Source: an uncultured Actinomycetes bacterium (GTDB lineage: Bacteria > Actinomycetota > UBA4738 > JBBDTT01). From it: a stretch of 64,000 bases of DNA. The stretch covers positions 960,001-1,024,000 of the forward strand of contig CAVUMN010000004.1 of the NCBI GenBank assembly GCA_963742735.1, written 5' to 3'. The position numbers and the translations under genes are program-made. The notes under the pieces were generated by a model, which saw only the letters and a list, made by a program, of their open reading frames with translations, was not told the DNA's origin and searched no databases. Positions within the stretch are counted from its first letter, which is position 1. Each line of letters begins with the position of its first letter. Positions 1 to 10,091 of the stretch are shown here, piece after piece.

Positions 1-8
1 CGCGAGCC

Positions 9-800
9 ATGTCGGTCACCGTCCGTGACCTGCGCTCCTGGAAGGCGGAGGGTCGTCGCTTCGCGATGCTCACCGCGTACGACTTCCCCACCGCTCAGAT
101 CCTCGACGAGGCGGGCATCCCCGTCCTGCTGGTCGGCGACTCGGTCGCCAACAACCAGCTCGGCTACGAGAACACCCTCCCCGTCACCATGGACGAGATG
201 CTGCATCACGCCAAGGCCGTCGCCCGCGGCGCGAAGGACGCGCTGCTGGTGGGCGACATGCCGTTCGGGTCCTATCAGGGCTCCATGGAGGAGGGCATCG
301 CCAACGCCACCCGCTTCCTGAAGGAGGGCGGGATGCACGCGGTCAAGCTCGAGGGCCCCATGGTCGACCTGGCTCAGGCCCTGGTCGAGCGGGGCATCCC
401 AGTCATGGGCCACCTGGGCCTCACGCCCCAGTCGGTCCACGCGATGGGGGGCTACCGGGTTCAGGCCAAGACCGAGGAGGCCGCGGCCCGTCTGACGCAG
501 GACGCCATGACCCTCGACAAGGCCGGGGTGTTCTCCCTGGTGCTGGAGGGCGTCCCCAGCGCGGTGGCCGAGCGGGTGACCGCGTCGATCTCGGCGCCGA
601 CGATCGGGATCGGGGCCGGGCCTCACTGCGACGGCCAGGTCCTCGTGATCAACGACCTGCTGGGGATCGGCGGCGGCACGTACCCGAAGTTCGTCAAGCC
701 CTACGCGAACCTGCGCGAGGAGATCACCCGCGCCGTGACCGCGTACCGGCAGGACGTGGAGTCCGGGTCGTTCCCCGACGCGGCCCACTCCTACGAGTAG
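9..800 (+). CDS. panB: 3-methyl-2-oxobutanoate hydroxymethyltransferase
   Basis: MLTAYD, LLVGDS, GDMPFGSY, VKLEG, GHLGLTPQS and IGIGAG motifs. Confidence 0.97.
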   Translation: MSVTVRDLRSWKAEGRRFAMLTAYDFPTAQILDEAGIPVLLVGDSVANNQLGYENTLPVTMDEMLHHAKAVARGAKDALLVGDMPFGSYQGSMEEGIANATRFLKEGGMHAVKLEGPMVDLAQALVERGIPVMGHLGLTPQSVHAMGGYRVQAKTEEAAARLTQDAMTLDKAGVFSLVLEGVPSAVAERVTASISAPTIGIGAGPHCDGQVLVINDLLGIGGGTYPKFVKPYANLREEITRAVTAYRQDVESGSFPDAAHSYE

Positions 801-803
801 CGG

Positions 804-1943
804 TTAGGGCGGGGCGCGCTCCGCCTGACGCAGCGCCCGGCCATCGGGCGCGGTGAAGGCGGGTCTCCCCGCCAGCATGCGCACGGTGAAGCCGTCTTCG
901 TGCACCGCGCGATGATGGCGCCAACACAGCAGCACGAGATTGTCCTTGGCGGTCCGGCCGCCCCGACCCCAGTGGACGACGTGATGCACCTCGCCCCACG
1001 ACGGGGGCCGGTCGCAGCCCGGAAAGCGGCAATGCCGATCGCGAGACTCCACCGCCCTCCGTAGCCCTGCCGGCACCACCCGCGTCTTCCGTCCTACGTC
1101 GAGGGGCTCCGAGCCGGGCCCCATGACCATTCGCACGACCGAGGCATCGCACGCCATCCGTCGCGCCGCTTCGCCGGAGAGCCGCCCGGCGTCCTCGAGG
1201 TCGGCCTCGCCGACGGCGCCGGAGAGGATGGCGGGATCGACTCGCACGGTTACGACCGGGCGTTCGCCTCCCACGGTGGGTCGATCTCGTCGGGCGAGGA
1301 AGCCCCGGCACAGCTCGCCCAGGGCGTCGGCTCGCCGTTGCGGCCCGGTGCGGCGGTCTCCGGGCACCGAGCTGGCGTCTATCACCGCGCGGAGGGCCGT
1401 GATGATCCCTTGTCCGTTCTCCGAGTCCAGCAGCCCCTCGATCCGAACCATCCCGTCGAGGGTCGTTCCGACGTCCACGCGACGCGACGCATGTCGGCGC
1501 CGCTCCGCCGCCTCGGCATCCTCGAGTGAGGCTCGCCACGACTCGGCCCGCCGACGGAACGCGCGCATCGGGAGCTCGGTCGCGGCCTGAACCAGCTCGG
1601 ACTCCGAGGCCTCGAACGCCATCGGGTCGGCCTTGCGGACCTCCACGAGGGTTCGCAGCGCGGTTCCCCCGAGCCGGCCGGAGCTCAGTGCGCGCCGGGC
1701 CGCCGGCATCTCCTCCAGCGCTCGCGCCGCCTCGAGGTCGCGACGCGCCTCTGGCCAGGGGATACGGTGCTGGTCGGACAGCCACGCTTCACACGAGGTG
1801 GCTCCCATGGACGCCCACTGACGGGTCCGGTCGACCTCAGCCAGCAGGCGGAGCCGCTCGGCTCCGAGGGCCACCCACCTTCGATGGACGGCGCTGAAAC
1901 GATCGAGAGCGGAGGGTTCGAGCGAGGTCGCGGGCTCGGCCAT
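804..1943 (-). CDS. DUF222-domain HNH endonuclease (13E12-repeat-like, possibly mobile)
   Basis: QRRADAL, ARRMACDA, RDRHCRFPGC..HHVVHW..GG.T..DNLVLLCWRHH..H and C-terminal RAPP. Confidence 0.9.
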   Translation of the reverse strand: MAEPATSLEPSALDRFSAVHRRWVALGAERLRLLAEVDRTRQWASMGATSCEAWLSDQHRIPWPEARRDLEAARALEEMPAARRALSSGRLGGTALRTLVEVRKADPMAFEASESELVQAATELPMRAFRRRAESWRASLEDAEAAERRRHASRRVDVGTTLDGMVRIEGLLDSENGQGIITALRAVIDASSVPGDRRTGPQRRADALGELCRGFLARRDRPTVGGERPVVTVRVDPAILSGAVGEADLEDAGRLSGEAARRMACDASVVRMVMGPGSEPLDVGRKTRVVPAGLRRAVESRDRHCRFPGCDRPPSWGEVHHVVHWGRGGRTAKDNLVLLCWRHHRAVHEDGFTVRMLAGRPAFTAPDGRALRQAERAPP

Positions 1944-1974
1944 GCCGAAACGCTAGCGCGACCCAGTGACACGC

Positions 1975-2805
1975 CTAGCGGACCAGTCTCGACAGCCTCC
2001 GGTCGGCGAGGATCTTGCCGCCCGTCTGGCACGTGGGGCAGTACGTCACCTCGTGGGACTCGTAGGAGATCCGGCGGAGGTCTCCGCCGCAGCGCGGGCA
2101 GGGTTTCCCGTACGCGTTGTGGACGGTGAAGTGGTCGCCGAGCTTCGTGGGCAGCCCGCCGGTTCGGCCGCGCTCGACCTCGAGCGCCTCGGCCAGGACG
2201 TCGCCGGTCGCCTGCAGGAGCCGATCGCGATCCTCGGCCGGCAGCGACGCGAGCGAGGCGAACGGCGAGAGCTGGGCCCGGTGGAGGATGTCGTCGGAGT
2301 ACCCTCGCCCGATCCCGGCCACCGTCCGCTGGTCGCGGAGGATGGTGTGGATCCGCCTCCCGTCGGCCCCCTCGCGGATCAGGGCGGCGAACTCGGGGGA
2401 AGCGGGCTCGGGACCCAGCTTGGCCAGCGGCCCGGGATCGTCCGCCGCCAGGACCCACCAGCCCGCCTTGCGGTCGGTCCCGAACTCCTTGACGAACATC
2501 GCCCGTTCGCCGAACGCGAACCGGGCCACGGCGCCCTTCGGCTTGGTGGCCTTGGCCGGGTCCTCCAGGTCGATCCGGCCGCCCTGGGACAGGTGCACGA
2601 GCAGGTGGAGCTCGCCGAGCTCGAGGATGAGGTACTTGCCCCGGCGGCCGGTGCGCTCCAGGGTCCGTCCGACCAGCGCCTCGGGCGATGGGTCGTAGGT
2701 CTTCAGGCTCGAGAACTGCAGCGGGGCGTACGCGGTCAGCTCGCGGCCGGCCGCGAAGTCCGCGACCCGCTCGGCCAGCGCTTGGATCTCGGGGAGCTCC
2801 GGCAC
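1975..2805 (-). CDS. Fpg/Nei family DNA glycosylase/AP lyase
   Basis: N-terminal PELPE after GTG at 2805, RRGKYL, H2TH GIGRGYSDDILH, C-terminal CPRC..CPTC zinc finger. Confidence 0.93.
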   Translation of the reverse strand: MPELPEIQALAERVADFAAGRELTAYAPLQFSSLKTYDPSPEALVGRTLERTGRRGKYLILELGELHLLVHLSQGGRIDLEDPAKATKPKGAVARFAFGERAMFVKEFGTDRKAGWWVLAADDPGPLAKLGPEPASPEFAALIREGADGRRIHTILRDQRTVAGIGRGYSDDILHRAQLSPFASLASLPAEDRDRLLQATGDVLAEALEVERGRTGGLPTKLGDHFTVHNAYGKPCPRCGGDLRRISYESHEVTYCPTCQTGGKILADRRLSRLVR

Positions 2806-2846
2806 GCCTCCAACTCTCGCACAGGGCCGCGGGGACGGACCCGGGG

Positions 2847-4367
2847 TCAGGCCGCGCGGCGCGCCAGGGGAAGCGTGAAGTAGAAGGTCGAGCCCTCTCC
2901 CGGCTTCGAGTCGACGCCCAGGTCGCCGTGCATCAGGCGGGAGTACTCCCGGACGAGCGACAACCCCAGGCCGGTCCCCCGCAGGGCCGACCCCTCGGCG
3001 TCTCCGCGCCAGAACGGCTCGAACGCCCTGGAGGCCTCCTCGGGGGTCAGGCCCGGCCCGCGGTCGACGACCTCGATGCGGCACGCGCCCGAGAGCGAGA
3101 CCGTGCGCACCGCGAGCGGCGTCCCCGGCGGCGAGTACTTCACCGCGTTCGTGAGGAGGTTGTTCAGCGTCCGCCGGACGAGCGCCGGGTCCGCGGTCAC
3201 CAGGAGGTTCTCGACGTCCACCTCCAGCGGACGCCCCCCCAGCAGCGGCGCCAGCGAGTCCAGGATGGAGGCCAGGCACGGCGCCAGCTCGAACGTCTCG
3301 AGCTGCACCCGGACCTTGCCGGCCTCGACCGTGGCGTAGTCGAGCAGGCCGTCGACCAGGTTCGTCAGCTCCCCGGCGTGCTCGTGGATCTTGTGCACGA
3401 ACGTGCGGCGCAGGGCGGGCTCCAGGCGCTCCCAGTCGGTCACGAGCGACTCCGAGAACCCCAGGATGGAGGTCAGCGGTGTCCGGAGCTCGTGTGAGAC
3501 CGAGCTCACCAGCCGGCTCCGCATGTCGAGCATGTTCTGGAGCTGGGACACGAGCCGGCGCTCCAGCTCGAACCGGGTGAGGTTCGCGAGCGCCATGCCG
3601 GCGAAGGACGCGAAGGTGCCCGCCAGCCGGATCTCTTCAGGCAGGAACTGGCGGGGCTCGTTCGAGGTCACCACGAGCGCCCCGATCGGGCCGTCGGACC
3701 GGTCGACGAGGGGCACGAGAAGCTGTTCGGTCGGCTCGTCCGGATCGCGAGGGGCCGTCTCGGCGGCCAGCAGCGCTTGCGCCTCCTCGATGACGCCGGG
3801 GGCGAGCGTCCCACCTCCGTCCAGCCCCTCGAGCGTGAGCCCGTCGGGGCCGGAGACCAGGACCCAGCACGCATCCGCCCGCAGCAGGCTCCGCGCCCCA
3901 CGGGCGATCTCGGGAAGGATCTCGCTCCGGTCCCGCGCCGAGGTCACCAGCAGGGCCAGCCGTTCGAGCTCGGCCGCGCGACGGGTGAGGTCGTAGTGCC
4001 GCCAGGCCTTCCCGACCGCGGCCGGGAGGGTGGCCAGGTAGCCGGCGCTCTTGGCCACGTAGTCGATCGCGCCGCCGCGCAGGGCCTCCACGGCGACCTC
4101 CTCCGAGCCCCGCCCCGTCACGACGATCACGGGCGGGCCTCCCCGCTCGCGGATCCGCGCGAGCACCTCGATGCCGCTCATCCTGGGAAGGCCGTGGTCC
4201 AGCAGGACCAGGTCCACCCCCTCGAGCGCGTCCAGGGCGCCCTCGCCCGAGTCCGCCGTCCGAACCTGAAAGCCGCTCTCGCTCAGGGTGCGTTCGGTGA
4301 GCCTGCGGTGGTCGGGGTTGTCGTCGACCACCAGCACGGAGATGGGCGATCCCAGCGTCACGATCAC
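2847..4367 (-). CDS. Hybrid sensor histidine kinase (REC-GAF-HisKA-HATPase)
   Basis: VLVVDD/LLDHGLP receiver, SHELRTPL H-box, NLLTNAVKYS, DRGPG and GTGLGL boxes. Confidence 0.93.
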   Translation of the reverse strand: MIVTLGSPISVLVVDDNPDHRRLTERTLSESGFQVRTADSGEGALDALEGVDLVLLDHGLPRMSGIEVLARIRERGGPPVIVVTGRGSEEVAVEALRGGAIDYVAKSAGYLATLPAAVGKAWRHYDLTRRAAELERLALLVTSARDRSEILPEIARGARSLLRADACWVLVSGPDGLTLEGLDGGGTLAPGVIEEAQALLAAETAPRDPDEPTEQLLVPLVDRSDGPIGALVVTSNEPRQFLPEEIRLAGTFASFAGMALANLTRFELERRLVSQLQNMLDMRSRLVSSVSHELRTPLTSILGFSESLVTDWERLEPALRRTFVHKIHEHAGELTNLVDGLLDYATVEAGKVRVQLETFELAPCLASILDSLAPLLGGRPLEVDVENLLVTADPALVRRTLNNLLTNAVKYSPPGTPLAVRTVSLSGACRIEVVDRGPGLTPEEASRAFEPFWRGDAEGSALRGTGLGLSLVREYSRLMHGDLGVDSKPGEGSTFYFTLPLARRAA

Positions 4368-4804
4368 CTCGGGGGCTCCGGGAGCGCGCTCAGCTCGGTC
4401 CAGTAGCGGCGGATGCCCATGAGGCCCTCGCGGAACGCCCCCACCGCGGTCGGCTTCGTGACGAACGAGTTCGCGCCGAGCCGGTACGAGGAGTCGATGT
4501 CCTCGGGCCGCTCCGACGCCGACAGGACCACCACGGGGATCGAGCGGAGGTCGGGGTGCTCCTTGAGCAGCCGGAGGACCTCGAGCCCGTCCACCCGAGG
4601 CATCTTCAGGTCGAGCATGATCAGGTGCGGCCGCTCCCGGTCGGCGTACTCGCCGGCCTGGTGCAGGAAGTCCAGCGCGTCCTGCCCGTTCGCGACGGCC
4701 TCCACCTCAAGCTGGACGCCGTCCATGCTCCGCAGGGCCCGAACGATCAGGAACCGGTGGTCCTCGTTGTCCTCCGCGATCAGGATCCGGATGGGTGCTT
4801 TCAT
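4364..4804 (-). CDS. Single-domain response regulator (CheY/Rcp-like)
   Basis: ILIAEDN, IMLDLKMP, LGANSFVTKP; ATG at 4804 overlaps the upstream kinase stop. Confidence 0.93.
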   Translation of the reverse strand: MKAPIRILIAEDNEDHRFLIVRALRSMDGVQLEVEAVANGQDALDFLHQAGEYADRERPHLIMLDLKMPRVDGLEVLRLLKEHPDLRSIPVVVLSASERPEDIDSSYRLGANSFVTKPTAVGAFREGLMGIRRYWTELSALPEPPR

Positions 4805-6573
4805 GTGCGCGCCTCCACTGGCCAGCCGAGGACGGATTCCGCGGGCACCTCGATGCGGAAGTCGGCCCCGGATTCGCCGTCGGCGATCCAGATCCGCCCG
4901 CCGAGGTGCTCCACGATCTTTCGGCAGATGGACAGGCCGATGCCGGTCCCGTCGCCGCCCGGGCCCTCCAGCCGCTCGAACACCCCGAAGACCTTCTCGC
5001 GGTCGCTCGCCGGGACCCCGGGACCGTTGTCCGTGACGCCGATCTCGCAACCGCCCTCGTCGGCCGGCCCGGCCGAAACGCTGATCCGCAGGCCGGGCCG
5101 GTCTCCGTGCTTCACCGCGTTGTCGAGCAGGTTCGTGAACAGCTGCCGGGCGCGGACCCCGTTCATCCACAGGATGGGCAACGCTCCGACCTCGACCGTG
5201 ACGTTGTCGTGGGCGGTCTCGATCTCGCGGGCGAGCTCGCCGACCAGGTCCGCCAGCCGCACCTCCTCGGGGTCGGTCTCCACCCGGCGGACCCGGGACA
5301 GCTCGAGCAGCCCGTGGATCAGGCTCTCCATGTACGAGGTGTTCGCCGACATGCGGGCCAGGTACTCGCGGCCGGCGTCGCCCAGCACGGAACCGAAGTC
5401 CTCCTCCAGGTAGCCGACGTAGCCGCTCAAAGCCACGAGCGGGCTCTTCAGGTCGTGCGAGACGCTGTGGAGGAACGCCTCGAGCTCCGCGCTGCCCCGT
5501 TCGACCTCCACTCGCGCCAGCCGCTCGGCCTCGAATAGGGCGGTTCGCTCCAGCGCCAGGTCGACGAAGGCGCCGGTCGCCTCCAGCAGGCGGGCTTCCT
5601 CGTTGCCGAACAGCGGGGTGTACGGGCTCGTCTTGATCGCGAGCCAGCCCGTCCGAAGGGGCAGCGTCATGAAGCCGGGCTCGACCACGGCGCCCTCGTC
5701 GGACCCCAGCCGGGCCAGGATCCGAGCGGCCTCGCCGGGCTGCATCCCGTACACGCCGAGGACCTCGCCTCCGGCACGGGCGAGCAGCGCGCCGCCGCCC
5801 CCGAAGATCGGAGCGATGTGCGGCAGCAGCGCGGCCGAGACCTCGTGGCTGGTCGTCGCCGCGCTGACCCCGACGGAGGCCTGCCGCAGCGAGTGCTCCT
5901 CGGGCCTCCGCCAGAGGGCCCGGAGGGCCGCCGGAGGGTCGAGGGCCAGATAGAACAGGATCGCGCACGCGATCCCCAGCACCTGCTGGACCAGGTCGAC
6001 CGTAGGAGTCTCGGCTCCGCCCGCGGCGCCCGACACGACGACCGAGGCGTTCAGGCCCAGCGCCGCGGCCGAGAGGAGCCGGAGGCGGCGTCGCGGCAGC
6101 GTGGGCTGCGACCTGCCCGCGGTCCACAGCCGCACCGACACCCACAGGGACAGCACGGTCCACTGGACGACGATCGCCAGCACGTAGATCCGGGTGGCGC
6201 CGGTCTGGGGCTCGCCCTCGGCGGGGAAGGAGGGGAGGGCGAGCGTCCAGAGGATGAGGGCCCCGGTGAGCGCCGCGCCGGCGGCCTCGGCCCATCTCGG
6301 CGGCCGGACGAACGCGGCGGCGAACCGGAACAGGAAGTAGGGGAAGGCCAGGACGACCGCGATCAGGATCTTGACGAACCACAGGGGGAGGTCGTCGCTG
6401 TCGGGTCCGGCGATCCATGCGACGAGCACGATCGCCGCCAGGCTGCCGAACGCCGCGGCGGCCCACGCGGCGGGCGCGCTGCGGTGGCGGACGTAGAGGG
6501 CGAGCGAGACCAGCGCGAGCGCGGTGAACGCGACGCGCTGCACCCACTCGAGTACCGCGACGGCGCTTTCCAA
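4801..6573 (-). CDS. Membrane-bound sensor histidine kinase (multi-TM N-terminus, GAF-like region)
   Basis: About 7 hydrophobic segments, SHDLKSPL, NLLDNAVKH, DNGPG, GTGIGL. Confidence 0.92.
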   Translation of the reverse strand: MESAVAVLEWVQRVAFTALALVSLALYVRHRSAPAAWAAAAFGSLAAIVLVAWIAGPDSDDLPLWFVKILIAVVLAFPYFLFRFAAAFVRPPRWAEAAGAALTGALILWTLALPSFPAEGEPQTGATRIYVLAIVVQWTVLSLWVSVRLWTAGRSQPTLPRRRLRLLSAAALGLNASVVVSGAAGGAETPTVDLVQQVLGIACAILFYLALDPPAALRALWRRPEEHSLRQASVGVSAATTSHEVSAALLPHIAPIFGGGGALLARAGGEVLGVYGMQPGEAARILARLGSDEGAVVEPGFMTLPLRTGWLAIKTSPYTPLFGNEEARLLEATGAFVDLALERTALFEAERLARVEVERGSAELEAFLHSVSHDLKSPLVALSGYVGYLEEDFGSVLGDAGREYLARMSANTSYMESLIHGLLELSRVRRVETDPEEVRLADLVGELAREIETAHDNVTVEVGALPILWMNGVRARQLFTNLLDNAVKHGDRPGLRISVSAGPADEGGCEIGVTDNGPGVPASDREKVFGVFERLEGPGGDGTGIGLSICRKIVEHLGGRIWIADGESGADFRIEVPAESVLGWPVEART

Positions 6574-6814
6574 CGCTCAGATCCTCACTCGTGTGCAAAC
6601 GGGGTACTTGCGGAGTATCGGCAGGGGTGCGCCGGAGACCAATGGCCCGAAAGGCCCAGATCGAAGGGCCAAGAGGGACTATCCCGGTGCTCGACCCGGC
6701 GTCGTGTCATACCCACGCGCTACTGTGCGCACGATCGAGCCGACCACACGGCTGGTAGCATGGGCGAACCGCACCTGCTCCCCCAGGGGGCCGTTCAGTC
6801 CAGAGGAGGCGGCA

Positions 6815-7186
6815 TTGAGAGAGTACGAAGTCATGCTCATCCTGGAGCCGGAGTCCGACGAGTCCGTGGTCGGCTCGGTCTCGGACCGCATCACGGGGGT
6901 CATCTCGGGTGCCGGCGGCTCCATCGCCAAGGTCGATCGCTGGGGCAAGCGTCGGCTGGCGTATGAGATCGACAAGCGCACCGAGGGCTACTACCTCGTG
7001 ACGCAGTTCACCGCCGAACCCACCGTCGTGTCCGAGCTCGAGCGGGTGCTCGCGCTCTCCGACGGCGTGGTTCGGGCCAAGGTGGTGCGGCGAGATGCCG
7101 CAAAGGCCCTTCCCCCCGCTCCGCAGGAGCCATCCCAGCCGGGCGGCGGAACGCAGGACGAGGTAGGTGAGGCAGATGGCGAGTGA
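6815..7186 (+). CDS. rpsF: 30S ribosomal protein S6
   Basis: REYEVMLIL..WGKRRLAYEI..EGYY; TTG start at 6815 behind GAGGAGG RBS. Confidence 0.96.
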   Translation: MREYEVMLILEPESDESVVGSVSDRITGVISGAGGSIAKVDRWGKRRLAYEIDKRTEGYYLVTQFTAEPTVVSELERVLALSDGVVRAKVVRRDAAKALPPAPQEPSQPGGGTQDEVGEADGE

Positions 7187-7625
7187 GAACCAGGTGACGA
7201 TCGTCGGCAACCTGACCGACGACCCGGAGCTGCGGTACACGCCGAACGGCGCGGCCGTCGTGAACTTCACGGTGGCGGTCAGCCGGCGGACGAAGGACGA
7301 GGCCACCGGGCAGTGGAAGGACGCGGACACGTCGTTCCTGCGCTGCAACGCGTGGCGGTCCATGGCGGAGAACATCGCGGAGTCCCTCACCCGGGGCAGC
7401 CGCGTGGTCGTGGTCGGTCGCATCCGCCAGCGCACGTGGGAGACCCCCGAGGGCGACAAGCGCTCGGCGGTGGAGATCGAGGCGGACGAGGTCGGGCCGA
7501 GCCTGAGGTGGGCGACGACGAAGGTCGAGCGCCAGTCCAAGGGCGGCGGCGCGTCGGACTGGGGCGACAGCGTCTCGGTCGGCGCCGGGGGGCCCGCGGA
7601 GGAGACTCCGCTCGACGCCCCCTAG
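7176..7625 (+). CDS. ssb: Single-stranded DNA-binding protein
   Basis: VGNLTDDPELRYTPNG, acidic tail, rpsF-ssb-rpsR order. Confidence 0.97.
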   Translation: MASENQVTIVGNLTDDPELRYTPNGAAVVNFTVAVSRRTKDEATGQWKDADTSFLRCNAWRSMAENIAESLTRGSRVVVVGRIRQRTWETPEGDKRSAVEIEADEVGPSLRWATTKVERQSKGGGASDWGDSVSVGAGGPAEETPLDAP

Positions 7626-7641
7626 ATAACGGGAGGACAGT

Positions 7642-7935
7642 TTGGCGAGGGGTAAGCCGAAGCCGAAGACCGGCGGTGGTGGAAGCACGCGCCGCCGGGA
7701 GAAGGAAGACAAGGCCTGGCTCAAGAAGCCGAAGCGCAAGGTCTGCGTGTTCTGTCGGGACCACGTCACGCACGTGGACTTCAAGGACACCAACCTGCTG
7801 CGCAAGTTCGTCTCGGACCGGGGCAAGATCCGCGCCCGGCGGGTCTCGGGGAACTGCGCCCAGCACCAGCGCGACGTGGCCCAGGCCGTGAAGAACGCGC
7901 GGGAGATGGCGCTTCTGCCCTTCAGCGTCCGATGA
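7642..7935 (+). CDS. rpsR: 30S ribosomal protein S18 (Zn-binding type)
   Basis: [28 protein letters not shown]. Confidence 0.97.
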   Translation: MARGKPKPKTGGGGSTRRREKEDKAWLKKPKRKVCVFCRDHVTHVDFKDTNLLRKFVSDRGKIRARRVSGNCAQHQRDVAQAVKNAREMALLPFSVR

Positions 7936-8375
7936 AGATCATCCTGCAGAAGGAGGTCGAGAGCCTCGGCGTGCCCGGCGACGTCGTGACCGTCGCCGAC
8001 GGCTACGCGCGCAACTACCTGGTGCCCCGAGGCCTGGCGATCCCCGCGAGCAAGGGCGCGGTCAAGCACGCCGACCGCCTCCGGATCGGGCACGAGCAGC
8101 GCGTCGCCAAGTTCAAGGTCGAGGCCGAGGCCATCGCCCAGCGGCTCGTGGCGACCTCGGTGCGCATCGGGGCCAAGGCCGGCGAGGAGGGGAAGATCTT
8201 CGGGAGCGTCACCTCCGAGCGGATCGCCCTGGAGCTCGAGAAGGCCGGGTTCACGATCGACCGCAAGCGGCTGCACCTCGACGAGCCAATCCGCAGCCTC
8301 GGCGCCCACGAGGTCACGGTCCATCTGCACCCCGAGGTGACCGCAACGGTCCCCGTGGAGGTCGTCCCGGAGTAG
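7932..8375 (+). CDS. rplI: 50S ribosomal protein L9
   Basis: [22 protein letters not shown]; KIFGSVT. Confidence 0.97.
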   Translation: MKIILQKEVESLGVPGDVVTVADGYARNYLVPRGLAIPASKGAVKHADRLRIGHEQRVAKFKVEAEAIAQRLVATSVRIGAKAGEEGKIFGSVTSERIALELEKAGFTIDRKRLHLDEPIRSLGAHEVTVHLHPEVTATVPVEVVPE

Positions 8376-8428
8376 CGGGGGCACCATCTCACCTGGGCGG
8401 GTGACGTGGTTCGGTATCCTGGCCAATC

Positions 8429-9136
8429 ATGTCCGCCCGTGACTCCACTCTCGTCGTCGGCGGGATCCGTCGCTCGGTCGCGTTCTTCCCCTCCGGAGGG
8501 GACGGCCTGTACGGCTCGATCTACGAGTCGGTGGATCCGGCGGAGATCGCTCCGGTCGTGCTTTCCCCGTCCTGGGGGGACTACTTGGTCGGGACGCTGC
8601 AGTTCGGCCACGAGCTGGCCATTCTGATCGCCGAGGCTGGCGGCGCGGCGCTCGTCTACCACCCGCCCGGCATGGGCGACAGCCTCGGGGATCCCGGCCG
8701 GCTGACCCTCGGCCGCCTCGCGGAGGCAGCCGCGGACGCCGCGGCGCACATGGGTGAGCACACCGGCCGCCAGGCGCGCATGGCCGGCATCCGCCTGGGC
8801 GCCCTGGCGGTTGGGCCGGCCGCGAGCCGGCACGGCCTCGACTCGTTGCTCCTGATCCAGCCCTTGCTCGAGCCAACGGTGGCGCTGGCGTCATTGCGGA
8901 AGGCCGGCGCCACGGTCGAGTCCTCCGCCGAGCACATGGCGGCGGCCGTCGCGGCCCTCGACATCCCGGGTTCCGTCACCGCCGTGTACTACGCCACGCC
9001 GTCCCCTAGGGCGATGCCCGAGGCGGTCGAGCGGTCGGTGGTAGCCGGCGACTGGCGGCACAGCCAGTCGCGGGCGGAGGACCTGGCGCCGCCGATCCTC
9101 GCATGGCTCCGGTCGCCCCGCGGAGAGGCCGCGTGA
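8429..9136 (+). CDS. Alpha/beta-hydrolase-fold protein with Arg at nucleophile elbow (hydrolase-2-like)
   Basis: G.GDS.G motif and G-I-R-L-G elbow; GTGA overlap with next gene. Confidence 0.7.
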   Translation: MSARDSTLVVGGIRRSVAFFPSGGDGLYGSIYESVDPAEIAPVVLSPSWGDYLVGTLQFGHELAILIAEAGGAALVYHPPGMGDSLGDPGRLTLGRLAEAAADAAAHMGEHTGRQARMAGIRLGALAVGPAASRHGLDSLLLIQPLLEPTVALASLRKAGATVESSAEHMAAAVAALDIPGSVTAVYYATPSPRAMPEAVERSVVAGDWRHSQSRAEDLAPPILAWLRSPRGEAA

Positions 9137-9852
9137 GCGACCGGCCGGTCGTGATGTCGACGTCCTTTGGGCCGATCGGGGCCATCATCAGCCTTCCCGA
9201 GGGCGAAACGCGTGCGGCCGGCATGCTGCTCAAGGGCGCCGGGCCGGCGCGGTTCGGCCGCAACTCGAAGCAGGCTCGGATCGCGCGCATGCTCGCCGAG
9301 GAGGGGGTGGCCGTCCTGCGGATGGACTACCCGGGCCAGGGCGACAGCTCGGCGGCGCGGGGCGATCCCGACGACCCGGTCCCGGCCATCCGAGAGGTCC
9401 TGGAGTGGTACCGGCAGTGGATCGGCCGGCGCGATCCGGTCCTGATGGGCCCCTGCTACGGGGGACGGCTGGCAGTCTCCGTGGCCGCGCAGGAGCGGGA
9501 GCTCGGCGGAGTGGCGGTCGTGGTCCCCTACCCGTGGGCCGTCCACGGAGGCACGGCCCGAACTGCCATCCGGACGATGGCCGCCAACCGGCTGGGAGTC
9601 CGGCGGCCAGACCGCCGCCTCGTGGCGGAGCTCGCCTCGGTCGCGGGGCGCGTCCCGGCCAGGATCATCGCCGGCGAGGCCGATGAATTTCTGCCGGCCC
9701 TGCGCGTGGTCGCGGGGCGGGTCCCGGCCGTGAGTCTCGAAATCGTCCCGGGCATCGCCCTGCGAGGAGGGGTGCCCGGGGGCAGGGTCGTCTACGCCGA
9801 CCGGCTGGCTCGGTTCATCCTGACCTCGGTTCCGGCGCCCGCCGGGCGATGA
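9133..9852 (+). CDS. Alpha/beta-hydrolase-fold protein with Cys nucleophile (hydrolase-1-like)
   Basis: LRMDYPGQGDS and G-P-C-Y-G-G elbow. Confidence 0.72.
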   Translation: MSDRPVVMSTSFGPIGAIISLPEGETRAAGMLLKGAGPARFGRNSKQARIARMLAEEGVAVLRMDYPGQGDSSAARGDPDDPVPAIREVLEWYRQWIGRRDPVLMGPCYGGRLAVSVAAQERELGGVAVVVPYPWAVHGGTARTAIRTMAANRLGVRRPDRRLVAELASVAGRVPARIIAGEADEFLPALRVVAGRVPAVSLEIVPGIALRGGVPGGRVVYADRLARFILTSVPAPAGR

Positions 9853-10091
9853 AGACCCGGTCTCGAATCAGGCGGTTCGTCCGGGAGCAGGTGGTGCTCG
9901 GCGGGGAGGCCCCCACGGCTGACCCCCTGGCCGACGGCTCGCTCGACTCCCTGGCCATCGAGCAGCTGATCACCTTCCTGGAGGACACCTTCGGCATCCA
10001 GATCGCCGACGAGGACACCGTCGAGGAGAACTTCGAATCCCTCGACGCCCTCACCGCGCTCGTCGAGTCCAAGCGCCGAGCCGGGAGATGA
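9849..10091 (+). CDS. Acyl/peptidyl carrier protein
   Basis: 80 aa, LDSL phosphopantetheine Ser, LEDTFGI..ENFESL. Confidence 0.93.
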   Translation: MKTRSRIRRFVREQVVLGGEAPTADPLADGSLDSLAIEQLITFLEDTFGIQIADEDTVEENFESLDALTALVESKRRAGR

